Source: Planctomycetota bacterium (GTDB taxonomy: Bacteria; Planctomycetota; UBA1135; UBA2386). From it: DNA of 64,000 bases. A model generated the notes under the pieces. That model had not been told where the DNA came from and did no database searches. It saw only the letters and a list, made by a program, of their open reading frames with translations. Positions 9,761-20,400 of the stretch are shown piece by piece (position 1 is the stretch's first letter; every line of letters starts with the position of its first letter). The position numbers and the translations under genes are program-made. The stretch is taken from positions 96,001 through 160,000 of the forward strand of contig CANMWZ010000002.1 in assembly GCA_947501605.1 (NCBI GenBank), in the 5' to 3' direction.

Positions 9761-11356
9761 ATGCACATTCGATACCTGATCGCGGCCGCCAGCGTTCTCG
9801 CCGGCCACGCCGCAGCGCAGTCCAACACCGTCGCGGGTCTCGACGGAAAACTCTACGCCATCTCTAGCCCCACGGTCTGGGGTCGCCGCGGCGCGGCCTT
9901 CCCGAACGGCGAGTTCGGCTTCTCTGCCTCGAACACCATGTGCAACCCGGGGACGTTGACGATCCCGTGGTTTGCTGTGCCGCAGAACAACCACCCGAAG
10001 TTCGGCTTCATGGTGACGCGGCTCCTGAACGACCGCATGGTTCAGATCTCGGACCGCAGCTACTGCAAGCACGCGTTCACGTCGCTCAACACGAACAACG
10101 GCGTCTGCCTCCCGTGCACCAATCCGGGGACCGGCTCGGTCATGGGCATCGGTTGCTCCGATGTCTATGCGGCTGGCAACAACGGGGATCGCAACTACCT
10201 CGGCCCGCCGGACGAAATCGATCCGTGGCTCGGCACGTGGAACATGGTCGGCTCGTACTTCGATCGCGGTGACCCCCAGGTGGCGGCGCCGAACAACACG
10301 GACGGCATTCGCAGCACGGTCTCGACGGCTGGCGACGTAGTGAAGAACCGCGTCACGATCAAGGAATCGGACATCATCGCCGGCAGCGTCTACCACTATC
10401 AGATCCACCTTCTCCACGAAGGTGAGTCCGTGCTGGTGCGCAACGACAACCTGCTGTGCCGCCAGGTCAATTACAACTGGAGCGGCACGGCGTGGTCGGC
10501 AGTCAACGCGGCAACCGCCGTGACCGGCTCGGTGCTCAATCAGTGGACCGGCGCCAGCGTCAGCCTTGGTGGCAATGGCACCGATGACGGCCGCATGGCG
10601 GTCGCCATCAAGGTCACCGGCCCAACCAACGGCAAGTGGCACTACGAGTACGCAGTCCACAACATCGACAACAGTCGCGGTGGCGCTTCGTTCCGCGTCC
10701 CGGTCTGCACCAACGCGCGCATCAGCAACATCGGCTTCCGCGACATCGACAGCGATGCGCTGAACCAATGGACCGGTGCGCGCGTCGGCGGCGAACTGGT
10801 GTTCTCGGCCCCGGGCAACAACCCGTTGAACTGGAACAGCCTGTTCAACTTCTGGTTCGATAGCGATGCCGCTCCGGTCGCCGGCAACGTCACGTTCGAC
10901 GAAGCCCGCATCGGCGCCGGTGCACTGAGCTTCAACGTCGCCTCGCAGGTGCCGGGCCTCGTCCCGAGCGTCTACTTCGGCGCCGGCTGCGGCTCGCCGG
11001 CCCTCACTCTCGAAGGCAACGGACTCGCCAGCGTGCCCGCCCCATCGTTCGCGCTGCAGGCGCGCACGGCCGCGGCCACCCCGGTGTTCCTGTTCTTGTC
11101 GCCGACCGCTGCTGGAATCACGCTCGGCAGTGGCTGCACGCAGTACGTCGACAACCTTGGCCTCGAGTCGGTCGGGTTCGTGCTGACCGACGGCACCGGT
11201 CTTGGCAACTACGCGCTGCCGATCCCGGCCGGCATGCTACCGGGGGAAGTCACGTTCCAGGCGGCATCCTTCGTTCCCGCTGGCGGTGCCTTCCTCTCCG
11301 ACTTCAACCTGAGCAACGGGTTGACGGTCCGCGCCGGCCTCACTGGCTGCCAGTGA
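9761..11356 (+). CDS. Secreted Cys-rich protein, possibly lysyl-oxidase-like fold, with lineage-typical C-terminal domain
   Basis: Signal peptide ending AAA-Q, strongly biased codon usage, KHAF and GCSDVY motifs. Confidence 0.75.
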   Translation: MHIRYLIAAASVLAGHAAAQSNTVAGLDGKLYAISSPTVWGRRGAAFPNGEFGFSASNTMCNPGTLTIPWFAVPQNNHPKFGFMVTRLLNDRMVQISDRSYCKHAFTSLNTNNGVCLPCTNPGTGSVMGIGCSDVYAAGNNGDRNYLGPPDEIDPWLGTWNMVGSYFDRGDPQVAAPNNTDGIRSTVSTAGDVVKNRVTIKESDIIAGSVYHYQIHLLHEGESVLVRNDNLLCRQVNYNWSGTAWSAVNAATAVTGSVLNQWTGASVSLGGNGTDDGRMAVAIKVTGPTNGKWHYEYAVHNIDNSRGGASFRVPVCTNARISNIGFRDIDSDALNQWTGARVGGELVFSAPGNNPLNWNSLFNFWFDSDAAPVAGNVTFDEARIGAGALSFNVASQVPGLVPSVYFGAGCGSPALTLEGNGLASVPAPSFALQARTAAATPVFLFLSPTAAGITLGSGCTQYVDNLGLESVGFVLTDGTGLGNYALPIPAGMLPGEVTFQAASFVPAGGAFLSDFNLSNGLTVRAGLTGCQ

Positions 11357-11481
11357 CCCTGCGCTAGCGATCGCAAGTTGCGAACGCGACGACGGCCGGT
11401 GTGAACCATCGCACCGGCCGTCGGTCTGTACCGAGATCCTCGGCCTGCACCTCGCTCGACGCCGGCACTCGTGCGCTCGGC

Positions 11482-13092
11482 CTACTTCGCTTGAGGCTCG
11501 CGCCCAAGGCGGCGCAGAATCTCGCGCGAGGTGGCGTCGCCCGGGTTGGCCTCGAGCACGAACTCCGCCAACAGCGCAGCGCGGTCGTTCTGCCCCGAAA
11601 CCGCGTAGTAGAGGGCAAGGGCATTGTCGGCTGGCGCTAGGTTGTGCTTTGCCGGATCGAACCCCCGACGCTCGACCATGCGCTCGAACTGCTGCACCGC
11701 GAGCGCATCTTGTCCCACTTCGCGCAAGAGCAGACCGTGCAGTGCGAGTACGGCCGGTGGCGTCCACAGCGCAAAGCGGTCAACGCGAGCCAAAGCCTCG
11801 CTCGCAGCCTGCAAATCAGCGGGTTTGACGGCTCGAGTTCTTCGCTGCTCACCGAGCACGACAGCGCTCTCGTCGAGTGCAGCCTGAGCCATCTGGTTCA
11901 CGACGCCCGTGTGCAAGGCAAACAAGAGCCAGCCGAAGACCGCGAGCGCGACCAAGCGGCCGCGCGGCAACAGCGAACCCGCCTGCTTCAGCGACGCGTG
12001 CTGAAACAGCACATCGCGGCGCCGTAGAAGGCGCCAGCCGAGCAGCGCAGCCGTCGCCGTGATCGCGCCGAGGCCGACCGACAGCAGGAACGGAATCTGC
12101 TCCCCAAACCAGGCGCGGCGAAACCCCCACTCGGTCGCCAGCAGCGCGATGGCGCCGATCGCCAAGTCCTCGCCCCACGTGAAGTCGGCGCGCGCGTTCT
12201 TTCGCTGCTGGCTGACGGCAAACGGCTTTGGCAACGCCGCCCCGAAGTAGAGCGCATCCTTCGGGCACACCGAGACGCAGTCCATGCACTTCATGCATGC
12301 GGGATCGACGACCATCTTGTGGATCGCCACTTCTTCGTGGACGCGCACATTGCTGCTGCAAACCTGGGTGCAGTGACCGCAGGCGTCGCAGGCGTCGGTC
12401 ACCTTGATCTTGCCCGGCGAGAAGCGGTCGGCGACAGCGAAGAACGCGCCGTAGGGACAACCAAAGTTGCAGAAGCCCTTCGCGCCCATCCACCACACGA
12501 TCAGGAAGCCCACGACCAGGACGCTGAGGCTCGACATGATCCAGCCAGGGAAGGTGGCCCAGAACGCGTCCGTCGTCAGGTGCCATTCCCAGTCATCGAA
12601 CTTGGGCATCGGCTTCGTCACCGGGTCGAGCCAGTGCTTCACGTGCGGCCAGAGAAACATGTGGCCCGCAACCACGAACGGTGCGAACAGGAGCACGCGG
12701 CTGCGGATGGGTCGCGGCTTCAGCCCGATGCGTCCCAGGAGCCAAGCCGACAGGTCCTGTAGGGCCACGACGTGACAGGCCCAGCCACAGAACCAACGCC
12801 CGAAGACCAGGGTGGAAGCGATCAGCGCCAAGAACAGCAGGAATCCGGCGTTGATCGTGCCGAGCTCGAAGGTCTGCATCGCCTCCGACGGTTCGACCGG
12901 CGTCACCGTCCTACCGGTCATCGACCAGTGCAGAACGTGCAGTCCGATCAAGACGTGCACCAGGATCAAGACGTAGGCCCGCCAACGCGAGGCCTTGGAC
13001 TTTGCCACGGGACCGAACTTCGGCTTGTGCCGGTCCAGGCGCGGCAAAGCGGCGAGGGGATCGTTTCGCATCGGCAGCGGCGGCGTCGTCAT
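11482..13092 (-). CDS. 4Fe-4S binding membrane polyferredoxin (NapH/MauN/CcoG-like) with C-terminal TPR-like region
   Basis: GRWFCGWAC, FCNFGCPYG, CDACGHCTQVC, CMKCMDCVSVCP; multiple TM helices. Confidence 0.8.
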   Translation of the reverse strand: MTTPPLPMRNDPLAALPRLDRHKPKFGPVAKSKASRWRAYVLILVHVLIGLHVLHWSMTGRTVTPVEPSEAMQTFELGTINAGFLLFLALIASTLVFGRWFCGWACHVVALQDLSAWLLGRIGLKPRPIRSRVLLFAPFVVAGHMFLWPHVKHWLDPVTKPMPKFDDWEWHLTTDAFWATFPGWIMSSLSVLVVGFLIVWWMGAKGFCNFGCPYGAFFAVADRFSPGKIKVTDACDACGHCTQVCSSNVRVHEEVAIHKMVVDPACMKCMDCVSVCPKDALYFGAALPKPFAVSQQRKNARADFTWGEDLAIGAIALLATEWGFRRAWFGEQIPFLLSVGLGAITATAALLGWRLLRRRDVLFQHASLKQAGSLLPRGRLVALAVFGWLLFALHTGVVNQMAQAALDESAVVLGEQRRTRAVKPADLQAASEALARVDRFALWTPPAVLALHGLLLREVGQDALAVQQFERMVERRGFDPAKHNLAPADNALALYYAVSGQNDRAALLAEFVLEANPGDATSREILRRLGREPQAK

Positions 13093-13145
13093 CAGCGGCG
13101 CAGCATACTTGCCCTGTCCGCCGGTGGCCGCTACCACACTGGCCC

Positions 13146-14828
13146 ATGACCGACGCCGCTGCCACTCCCCCGACCGACTTCGTCCGCGACCGTGTGCGCG
13201 CGGACCAGCAGTCCGGCAAGGTCAAGCACGTCGTCACCCGCTTCCCGCCCGAACCCAACGGCTACCTCCACGTCGGTCACGCCAAGGCCATCTGCACCTC
13301 CTTCGGGATCGCTGCCGAGTTCGGCGGCAAGTGCAACCTGCGGATGGACGACACCAACCCCGAGGCAGAGGACCAGGAGTACGTCGACGCCATCCAGGAA
13401 GACGTGCGCTGGCTCGGCTTCCAGTGGGATGGCCTCTATTACGCCGCCGACTACTTCGATCAGCTCTACCGCTGGGCCGAGCAGTTGGTGCAGCAGGGTG
13501 ATGCCTACGTCGACGAGCAGGATGCCGAGACGATGGCGAAGAACCGAGGCACGGTGACCTCGTCAGGCACCGCAAGCCCGTTCCGCAACCGGTCCCCCGC
13601 CGACAATCTCCTGCTACTTCGCCGCATGAAGAACGGCGAGTTCCAGGATGGCACCATGGTCCTGCGCGCCAAGATCGACCTGGCGCACAACAATCTCAAT
13701 CTGCGCGACCCGGTCATGTACCGCATCCGGCACCTGCCGCACCAACGCGCCGGCGCCTCGTGGTGCATCTACCCGATGTACGACTGGGCCCACGGCCAGA
13801 GTGACTCGATCGAGGGGATCACGCACTCGTTGTGCACGCTGGAGTTCGAACACCACCGACCGCTTTACGACTGGTTCTGCGACAAGCTCGCGATCTACAA
13901 GCCGCAACAGATCGAGTTCGCGCGCCTCAATGTCGAGTATCTGCTGACCAGCAAGCGCAAGCTGTTGCAGCTCGTCGAAGGCGGCCACGTCGACGGCTGG
14001 GACGACCCGCGCATGCCAACGCTGCGTGGCATGCGCCGCCGCGGGTTCCCGCCCGAAGCGCTGGTCGCATTCTGCAAGCACGTCGGCCTCGCCAAGTTCA
14101 ACAGCACGCACGAGTATGCCTTGCTCGACCACTACGTGCGCGACTACCTGAACAAGACGTCGCTGCGCCGCATGGCGGTCCTCGACCCGCTGAAGCTCGT
14201 GATCGAGAACTGGCCGAGCGGCCAGGTCGAGATGTGCGAGGCAACCAACAATCCGGAGGACGCCAGCGCCGGCACCCGGCTGGTACCGTTCACCGGCGAA
14301 CTCTGGATCGAGCGCGAGGACTTCCAGGAGAACCCGCCGAAGGACTTCTTCCGCCTGAGTCCGGGGCGTGAGGTGCGTCTGCGCTCGGGCTTCTTCGTGA
14401 CCTGCACCGGCATCGACAAGGCCGCGGACGGAACCATCACGGCCGTGCGCTGCACCTACGATCCGGCGACGCGCGGCGGCAACGCGCCGGATGGCCGCAA
14501 GGTCAAGGCAACGATCCACTGGGTCTCGACCGCCCACGCACTCGACGCCGAAGTGCACGTACTCGACCACCTGTTCACCGTGCCCGATCCACAGGGCCAT
14601 GAGGGCAAGGACTTCCTCGACTTCCTCAGCCCCAAATCGCGCGTCGTGCGTCGCGGCAAGCTCGAACCGAGCCTGAAGGACGCGGCCGCTGGCCAGCGCT
14701 TCCAGTTTGAACGCCTTGCCTACTTTGTCTGCGACGCGAAGACGAGCACCAAGGGCGCGCCCGTGTTCTTGCGCACGACGACGCTGAAAGACAGCTACCA
14801 GAAGACGCAGAAGAAGGCCGGCGGTTGA
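13146..14828 (+). CDS. glnS: Glutamine--tRNA ligase
   Basis: TRFPPEPNGYLHVGH, YPMYDWAH, THSLCTLEF, SKRKL, GWDDPRMPT, FQFER. Confidence 0.97.
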   Translation: MTDAAATPPTDFVRDRVRADQQSGKVKHVVTRFPPEPNGYLHVGHAKAICTSFGIAAEFGGKCNLRMDDTNPEAEDQEYVDAIQEDVRWLGFQWDGLYYAADYFDQLYRWAEQLVQQGDAYVDEQDAETMAKNRGTVTSSGTASPFRNRSPADNLLLLRRMKNGEFQDGTMVLRAKIDLAHNNLNLRDPVMYRIRHLPHQRAGASWCIYPMYDWAHGQSDSIEGITHSLCTLEFEHHRPLYDWFCDKLAIYKPQQIEFARLNVEYLLTSKRKLLQLVEGGHVDGWDDPRMPTLRGMRRRGFPPEALVAFCKHVGLAKFNSTHEYALLDHYVRDYLNKTSLRRMAVLDPLKLVIENWPSGQVEMCEATNNPEDASAGTRLVPFTGELWIEREDFQENPPKDFFRLSPGREVRLRSGFFVTCTGIDKAADGTITAVRCTYDPATRGGNAPDGRKVKATIHWVSTAHALDAEVHVLDHLFTVPDPQGHEGKDFLDFLSPKSRVVRRGKLEPSLKDAAAGQRFQFERLAYFVCDAKTSTKGAPVFLRTTTLKDSYQKTQKKAGG

Positions 14829-14838
14829 GCGGAACAGC

Positions 14839-15618
14839 CTAGCGAAGGCCGCTGCCGCGATAGCGACCGCCGCGCAGCGCGAGCACCCGTGGCGGCGGTT
14901 GCAGACGGTCGCGCCGGCGCAGCAGAGCAGCAAACGCGATACCCGCCACGAAGCCCCCGATGTGGGCCCACCAGGCGACGCCGCCCATGCCGTCGACGCC
15001 GAGGGTGAACAGACCCTGCACCACCTGGAGCGCGAACCAGATGCCGAGGAACACCCACGCCGGCACCACGGTCAGGTGCATCAAGAACCCGAGCGGGATC
15101 AACGTCAGCACGCGCGCCTGCGGATACAGCAGCAGGTAGGCGCCCATCACGCCGGCAATGGCGCCGCTCGCGCCGACCGTCGGCAGGGTCGAGTGCGGCT
15201 CACTGAGGAAGTGCGTCAGCGATGCGAGCCCACCGGTGCCGAGGTAGAGCAGCAAGTAGCGCATGCGGCCAAAGCGCTCTTCGACGTTGTCGCCGAAGAT
15301 CCACAGGATCCAGACGTTGCCGAGCAGGTGAAGCCAGCCCCCGTGGAGGAAGATGCAGGTCAGCATCGTCAGCCACTCCGGCACCCACGCGTCGGGTAGT
15401 TCGATGCGTGCGGCGCGGCCACGGCTATACGGAACGCGCAGAATGACGTCTTCCTCGCCGCTGACGCGCGCCGGCACCATCGACAAGTGTGCGGTGACGT
15501 CGTCGAGAGTCTCGCGCGCCGCACCCTGGAACAGGAATGCGATCACGCACAGCGCGATCAGAGCGATCGTCACTACCGGCCGCGTCGTCGTCGGATTGTC
15601 GTCGCGCAGAGGGATCAC
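14839..15618 (-). CDS. Rhomboid family intramembrane serine protease
   Basis: IPLRDDNP, FLHGGWLHLLGN, GASGAIAG, VAWWAHIGGF. GTG start overlaps the folP stop. Confidence 0.93.
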   Translation of the reverse strand: MIPLRDDNPTTTRPVVTIALIALCVIAFLFQGAARETLDDVTAHLSMVPARVSGEEDVILRVPYSRGRAARIELPDAWVPEWLTMLTCIFLHGGWLHLLGNVWILWIFGDNVEERFGRMRYLLLYLGTGGLASLTHFLSEPHSTLPTVGASGAIAGVMGAYLLLYPQARVLTLIPLGFLMHLTVVPAWVFLGIWFALQVVQGLFTLGVDGMGGVAWWAHIGGFVAGIAFAALLRRRDRLQPPPRVLALRGGRYRGSGLR

Positions 15619-16445
15619 TGGTGATAGCCCGGGCTGCAGCCGCCCTCGAAACTGCGCTGCGGTTCGAGCTCGCGCTGCACGGCGAGCCCATCGCACAGCG
15701 CGCGCACATCGTGGGTGCGGATCCAGTCGACACCCTTCCTCGCCGCAAACAACTCGGCCGCCAACGTCGCAGCTCCCCGTTCGGCAGGCGCGCGGCCGCT
15801 GACAGCAGCGAGGAACGACTTGCGCGACACACTGATCAGCAGCGGCAGCGCCAAGGAACGCAGCTCAGGCAGCCGGCGCAGCATCGCGAAACTGACCTCG
15901 GGGTCGGGGCCGAGAAAGAACCCCATGCCAGGATCGAGCACGATGCGCTCGCGCCGGACCCCGGCTGACTGCAGCGCCGCGATGCGCTGGGCGAAGAACT
16001 GCATGGCCTCGGCCACCGCGTCGCCGCCACCGCCTTCGCGTCGCGCCCGTCCGTCCTGTTGCCGCGCGAACATCACGACCAGCTTCGCCTGTGAACGAGC
16101 GGCAACCTCGATCGCGGCCTCGCTACGAAAGCCACTGACGTCGTTGAGCCAGTGCACCGACAGCGCCGTCATCGCCGCCATGACCGCCGCCTTGCGCGTG
16201 TCGACCGAGACCTGGAGCCCTTGCCGCACGAGCGCCGAGACCACCGGCCGCAACCGTTCGATCTCGACCTCCGCAGTCACATCTGCGGCATCCGGATGGG
16301 TCGACTCGGCGCCCACATCGACGACCGCAGCCCCATCGCGCGCAAGTTGCTCGGCGTGCGCGATCGCCGCCGCCGGATCGAAGTAGTGGCCGCCGTCGGA
16401 GAACGAATCCCGCGTGACGTTGACGATGCCAAACACTGCGGTCAT
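15615..16445 (-). CDS. folP: Dihydropteroate synthase, Sul-like
   Basis: FGIVNVT.DSFSDGG, DVGAEST, LDPGMGFFLG, SVSRKSFL, IRTHDV. Confidence 0.93.
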   Translation of the reverse strand: MTAVFGIVNVTRDSFSDGGHYFDPAAAIAHAEQLARDGAAVVDVGAESTHPDAADVTAEVEIERLRPVVSALVRQGLQVSVDTRKAAVMAAMTALSVHWLNDVSGFRSEAAIEVAARSQAKLVVMFARQQDGRARREGGGGDAVAEAMQFFAQRIAALQSAGVRRERIVLDPGMGFFLGPDPEVSFAMLRRLPELRSLALPLLISVSRKSFLAAVSGRAPAERGAATLAAELFAARKGVDWIRTHDVRALCDGLAVQRELEPQRSFEGGCSPGYHQ

Positions 16446-16553
16446 GCGCGTTCCTTGTAGCACGTGCGCCACCTTGTGACAGCCGGACCGGGAAACGACC
16501 CGCTTCGGTCCACCGCCCTTGCACGAATGGAGCAGCGGCCTAGACGCACCGCC

Positions 16554-17480
16554 ATGGGACTGCTCGACAGCTTGTCCGACGAGATCGCCAGCGTCGTCGC
16601 GACCGTCCGACCATCCGTGCTGCATCTCCGCGTGCTCGGCAGCAAACACACGGCCACTGGCTCGGGCTTCTTGTGCCGTTCGCCCGGCTTGGTTCTGACC
16701 AACAGCCACGTGATCGGCAACGCCGTGGCCATCGAAGCGACCATGCACGACGGCCGCACTGCCATCGTCGATGTCCTAGGTTCGGACCCGGCGACGGATG
16801 TGGCCCTGCTGCGCGCCCCCGACGGATTTGCCACTGCCCCACCGTTGCCGCTTGCGGACTCGTCACTCCTGCGCGTCGGCGCCTTCGTGCTCGCCGTCGG
16901 CTGTCCCCATGGCCTCGCCCACAGCGTCACCGCCGGGATCCTCAGCGGACTCGGCCGCACCTTGCCTTCGCCCGCTGGCCGCACGATCGAAGACGTGATC
17001 CAAACGGATGCGCCGCTCAATCCCGGCAACTCGGGTGGCCCGCTGCTCGATACCAGCGGCAAAGTGATCGGCATCGCGACTGCGATCGTGCCGATGGCCC
17101 AGGGATTGTGCTTTGCGGTCCCAGCTCATACTGCGGACGTCGTGATGACCGAGCTGCAGCACTACGGCAAGGTCGAGCGCGGCTGGCTCGGCATCGCGGT
17201 GCAAGGCGTCGAGATCGCCCCGGCCATCGCTCGACGGTTGGAGTTGCCGTCGTCGCGCGCACTCGCGATCGGCGCGGTCACGGCAAACTCACCCGCATCG
17301 CTCGCTGGCCTCAAAACCGGAGATCTGTTGCTGTCGATCGATGCCCGGGCCATCCGCGGCGCCGGGGATCTCCTGCAAGGCTTGCCGCGCACCACCATCG
17401 GTCGCCCCGTGCAACTGCGCGTGCTACGGCAGAATGAGATCCTGCACCTCGTCGCCACACCGTTCCGGGCGACTTCGTAA
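16554..17480 (+). CDS. HtrA/DegS-like trypsin serine protease with PDZ domain
   Basis: GSGF, LTNSHV, TDVALL, IQTDAPLNPGNSGGPL, C-terminal PDZ. Confidence 0.92.
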   Translation: MGLLDSLSDEIASVVATVRPSVLHLRVLGSKHTATGSGFLCRSPGLVLTNSHVIGNAVAIEATMHDGRTAIVDVLGSDPATDVALLRAPDGFATAPPLPLADSSLLRVGAFVLAVGCPHGLAHSVTAGILSGLGRTLPSPAGRTIEDVIQTDAPLNPGNSGGPLLDTSGKVIGIATAIVPMAQGLCFAVPAHTADVVMTELQHYGKVERGWLGIAVQGVEIAPAIARRLELPSSRALAIGAVTANSPASLAGLKTGDLLLSIDARAIRGAGDLLQGLPRTTIGRPVQLRVLRQNEILHLVATPFRATS

Positions 17481-20400
17481 CCGATAGCGCTGCACGTAGG
17501 CGTAGGCGACCGGAGTCAGCACCAGACTCAGTACCAAGCAGAACATCTGACCGCCGATGACGACGACCGAGATGGCTTTGCGTTCTTCGGCGCCGGGGCC
17601 GGTGCCGATCGCGAGCGGCAGCATGCCGGCAACAAAGGCGAGCGTCGTCATCAGGATCGGCCGCAAGCGATCGCGACTGCCTTGGCGGACCGCTTCTTCG
17701 AGCGGCAGGCCCTTGGCCAACAGTTGATTGCTGTGGTCGACCTGCAAGATTGCGTTCTTCTTGACCATGCCGAACAGCACCAGCACGCCGAGTGCGGAGT
17801 AGAGATTGAGAGTCTCCCCGGTGACGACGAGCGACAACAACGCAAACGGCGCGGCCATCGGCAAGGCCAGCAGGATCACGAGCGGCTGCCACAGGCTCTC
17901 GAACTGCGCCGCCAGGATCATGTACATGAACAGGATCGACAGCAGGAACGCGACCTGGAACTCGGCGAACGTGGTCTCCAGCTCGCGCGCACGCCCGGAA
18001 ACGGCGGTGGTGTATTCCACCGGCATGCCGAGCTCGGTTGCGGCCTGTCGCAGCGCCGCGATGCGGTCAGCGAGCGCGTAGCCTCGCGCGATCCCGCCAC
18101 GGAGTCGCGACTCACGCTGCCGATCCAGACGATCGATCCGCGACGCGCTAGTCACGTCGTCGATGCTGCGCGCCACGCTGTCGAGTCGCACTGGCGCGCC
18201 ATCCGACCGAGCGACCAGGAGGCCGCGGAACGCCACCGGATCGGTGCGGTCCTCGTCGCGCAAGCGGAGTCGCACGTCGTACTCCTCGTCGAGCTGCGGG
18301 TCACGAAAGCGCCCCACCTCGGGATCGCCGCCGACGAGCAGTCGCAACGCCAGCGCAATGTCCTGCGTGTCGACGCCGAGTGTACCGGCGCGTTCGCGGT
18401 CGATCTCGACGCGGAGCTCCGGGCGCTCGAGCCGCAGCGTGGTATCGAGGTCTACCATGCCACCGAGCTCGATGGCGCGCTGCCGCAGAGCCTCGGCGTA
18501 CTCGGCGAGCTTTGGCAACTCGGGCCCCCGGATGGAGAAGTCGATGTCGAAGTTGCCGCCGCCGATGTTGAAGCTGCGCTGGTTGCGAACCGAACAACGC
18601 AACGACGGGAACTTGCGCAGCCGCCGACGGATGTCGCCCATCACGTCACTCTGCGAGTAGTTTCCGCGCCACGCTGCCAGCGGGTCTCCGGCAAGCAGTG
18701 CGCGCCACAAGCGGCCAGCGGTGAACCGCCGCTGTTCGAACGGTGCGATGCGCACGTAGATCTCGCCCTGGTTCGAGCCGCCGACGAAGCCACCGCCGAC
18801 GTTCGTCAGCATCGTTCGCACCGCCGGCACCTGTCGCAGTTCGTCCTCGATGGCGACGAACACTTGCGCCATTGCCTCCATGCTGGCGCCTTCGGGCCCT
18901 TGGGCGCGGACCTCGAACTCGCCCTCGTCGACATCACTGGGGATGTAGTCCTGGCGCACCATGCCGTAGAGCGGCACGACGGAGGCCATCACCATGAGCG
19001 CCAGCACCAGTGTGGCCTTTGGCCAGCGCAGACACACATCGAGCAACCGCATGTACGACCGCTCGGACCAAGTCCGTCGCGTGGAATGCAGCAACGCGCC
19101 CGACGAGAGCATGCGCGCTGCCATCGCTGGCGTCAGCGAGAACGAGACCACGAGGCTGACCAGGATCGCCGCCGCCGAGGTGATGCCGAACTGGTAGAGG
19201 AACCGACCCGAGATGCTCGAGAGGAAGGAGATGGGGACGAAAATGACGACCAGACTCAGGGTCGTCGCCAAGACCGCCAAGCCGATTTCTTTGGTCGCGC
19301 CGCGCGCGGCCGCGAACGGCGACACGCCGTTCTCGTTGGCCCAGCGGTGCACGTTCTCCAGCACGACGATGGCGTCGTCGATCACGATGCCGACCATCAG
19401 CACCAGGGCCAGCATGGTGATGCTGTTGAGGGTGAAGTCGAACGCCCACATCAGCGCGAACGCGGTGATCACCGACGCTGGAATGGCCACGGCGGCCACC
19501 AGCGTCGCTCGCCAACTGCGCAAGAAGACCAGCACGACAAGCGACGCCAGCAGGGCTCCGGCGATCAGGTGGAACTCGATCTCGTGCAGTGCGGCTTCGA
19601 TGTAGCGCGACTGGTCCCGCACGATTTCGAGACGCACGTCACTGGGCAGCGACGCGCGCAGTTTCGCCATCGCCTTCTTGACCTCGGCGATGACGGCAAC
19701 GGTGTTGGCGCCCGAGGTGCGGCGCACGTCCAACACGACGGAGGGCACGCCGTCGAGGCGCGTGAACGAACGCACCTCCTCGATGCCATCCTCCGCGCGA
19801 CCGATGTCGGCGAGGTGGATCGGAACGCCATTGCGCGTCTCGACGACCAAGTCCGCGAACGCGGCGGGATCGACGTAGCGCCCCATCGTGCGCAGGGTTC
19901 GCTCGCGGCGAGTGTCGGTGACGTTGCCGCCGGGCACGTCGCTGTTCTGGCGCAGGATCGCCTGCTGAACGCGCGTGATCGGCATGCCGTAGGCGGCGAG
20001 GCGATCGGCGTCGACGAAGACGTTGATCGCTCGCCGATGCCCGCCTTCGAGCGAGATGCCACCCACCCCACGGCACCGTTCGAGCGCCGTGCGAACGCGC
20101 TTGTCGGCGATCTCGGTCAGTTCGCGCAGCGGGCGGTCGCCGGCCACTGCGATCGTCAGCGCCGGCGAACTGTCGTTGTCGAACTTGCTGACGACGGGCA
20201 GTTCCGCATCGCGCGGCAGGTTGCGAATGACCTGGGCGAGTCGATCGCGCACGTCCTGGGCAGCGACGTCGATGTCGCGTTCGAGCGCAAACGTCGCCAA
20301 CACCAGCGACGACCCCGAGGAGGAGATCGACCGCAACTCGGTGATGCCCTCGACAGTGTTGACCGCCTCCTCCACGGGCTGGCTCACCGTGACCTCGACT

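Noticed and set aside
17424..17480. 57-bp overlap of convergent htrA-like and RND genes
   Set aside because: Short 3' overlaps are common in GC-rich genomes; no evidence of function.
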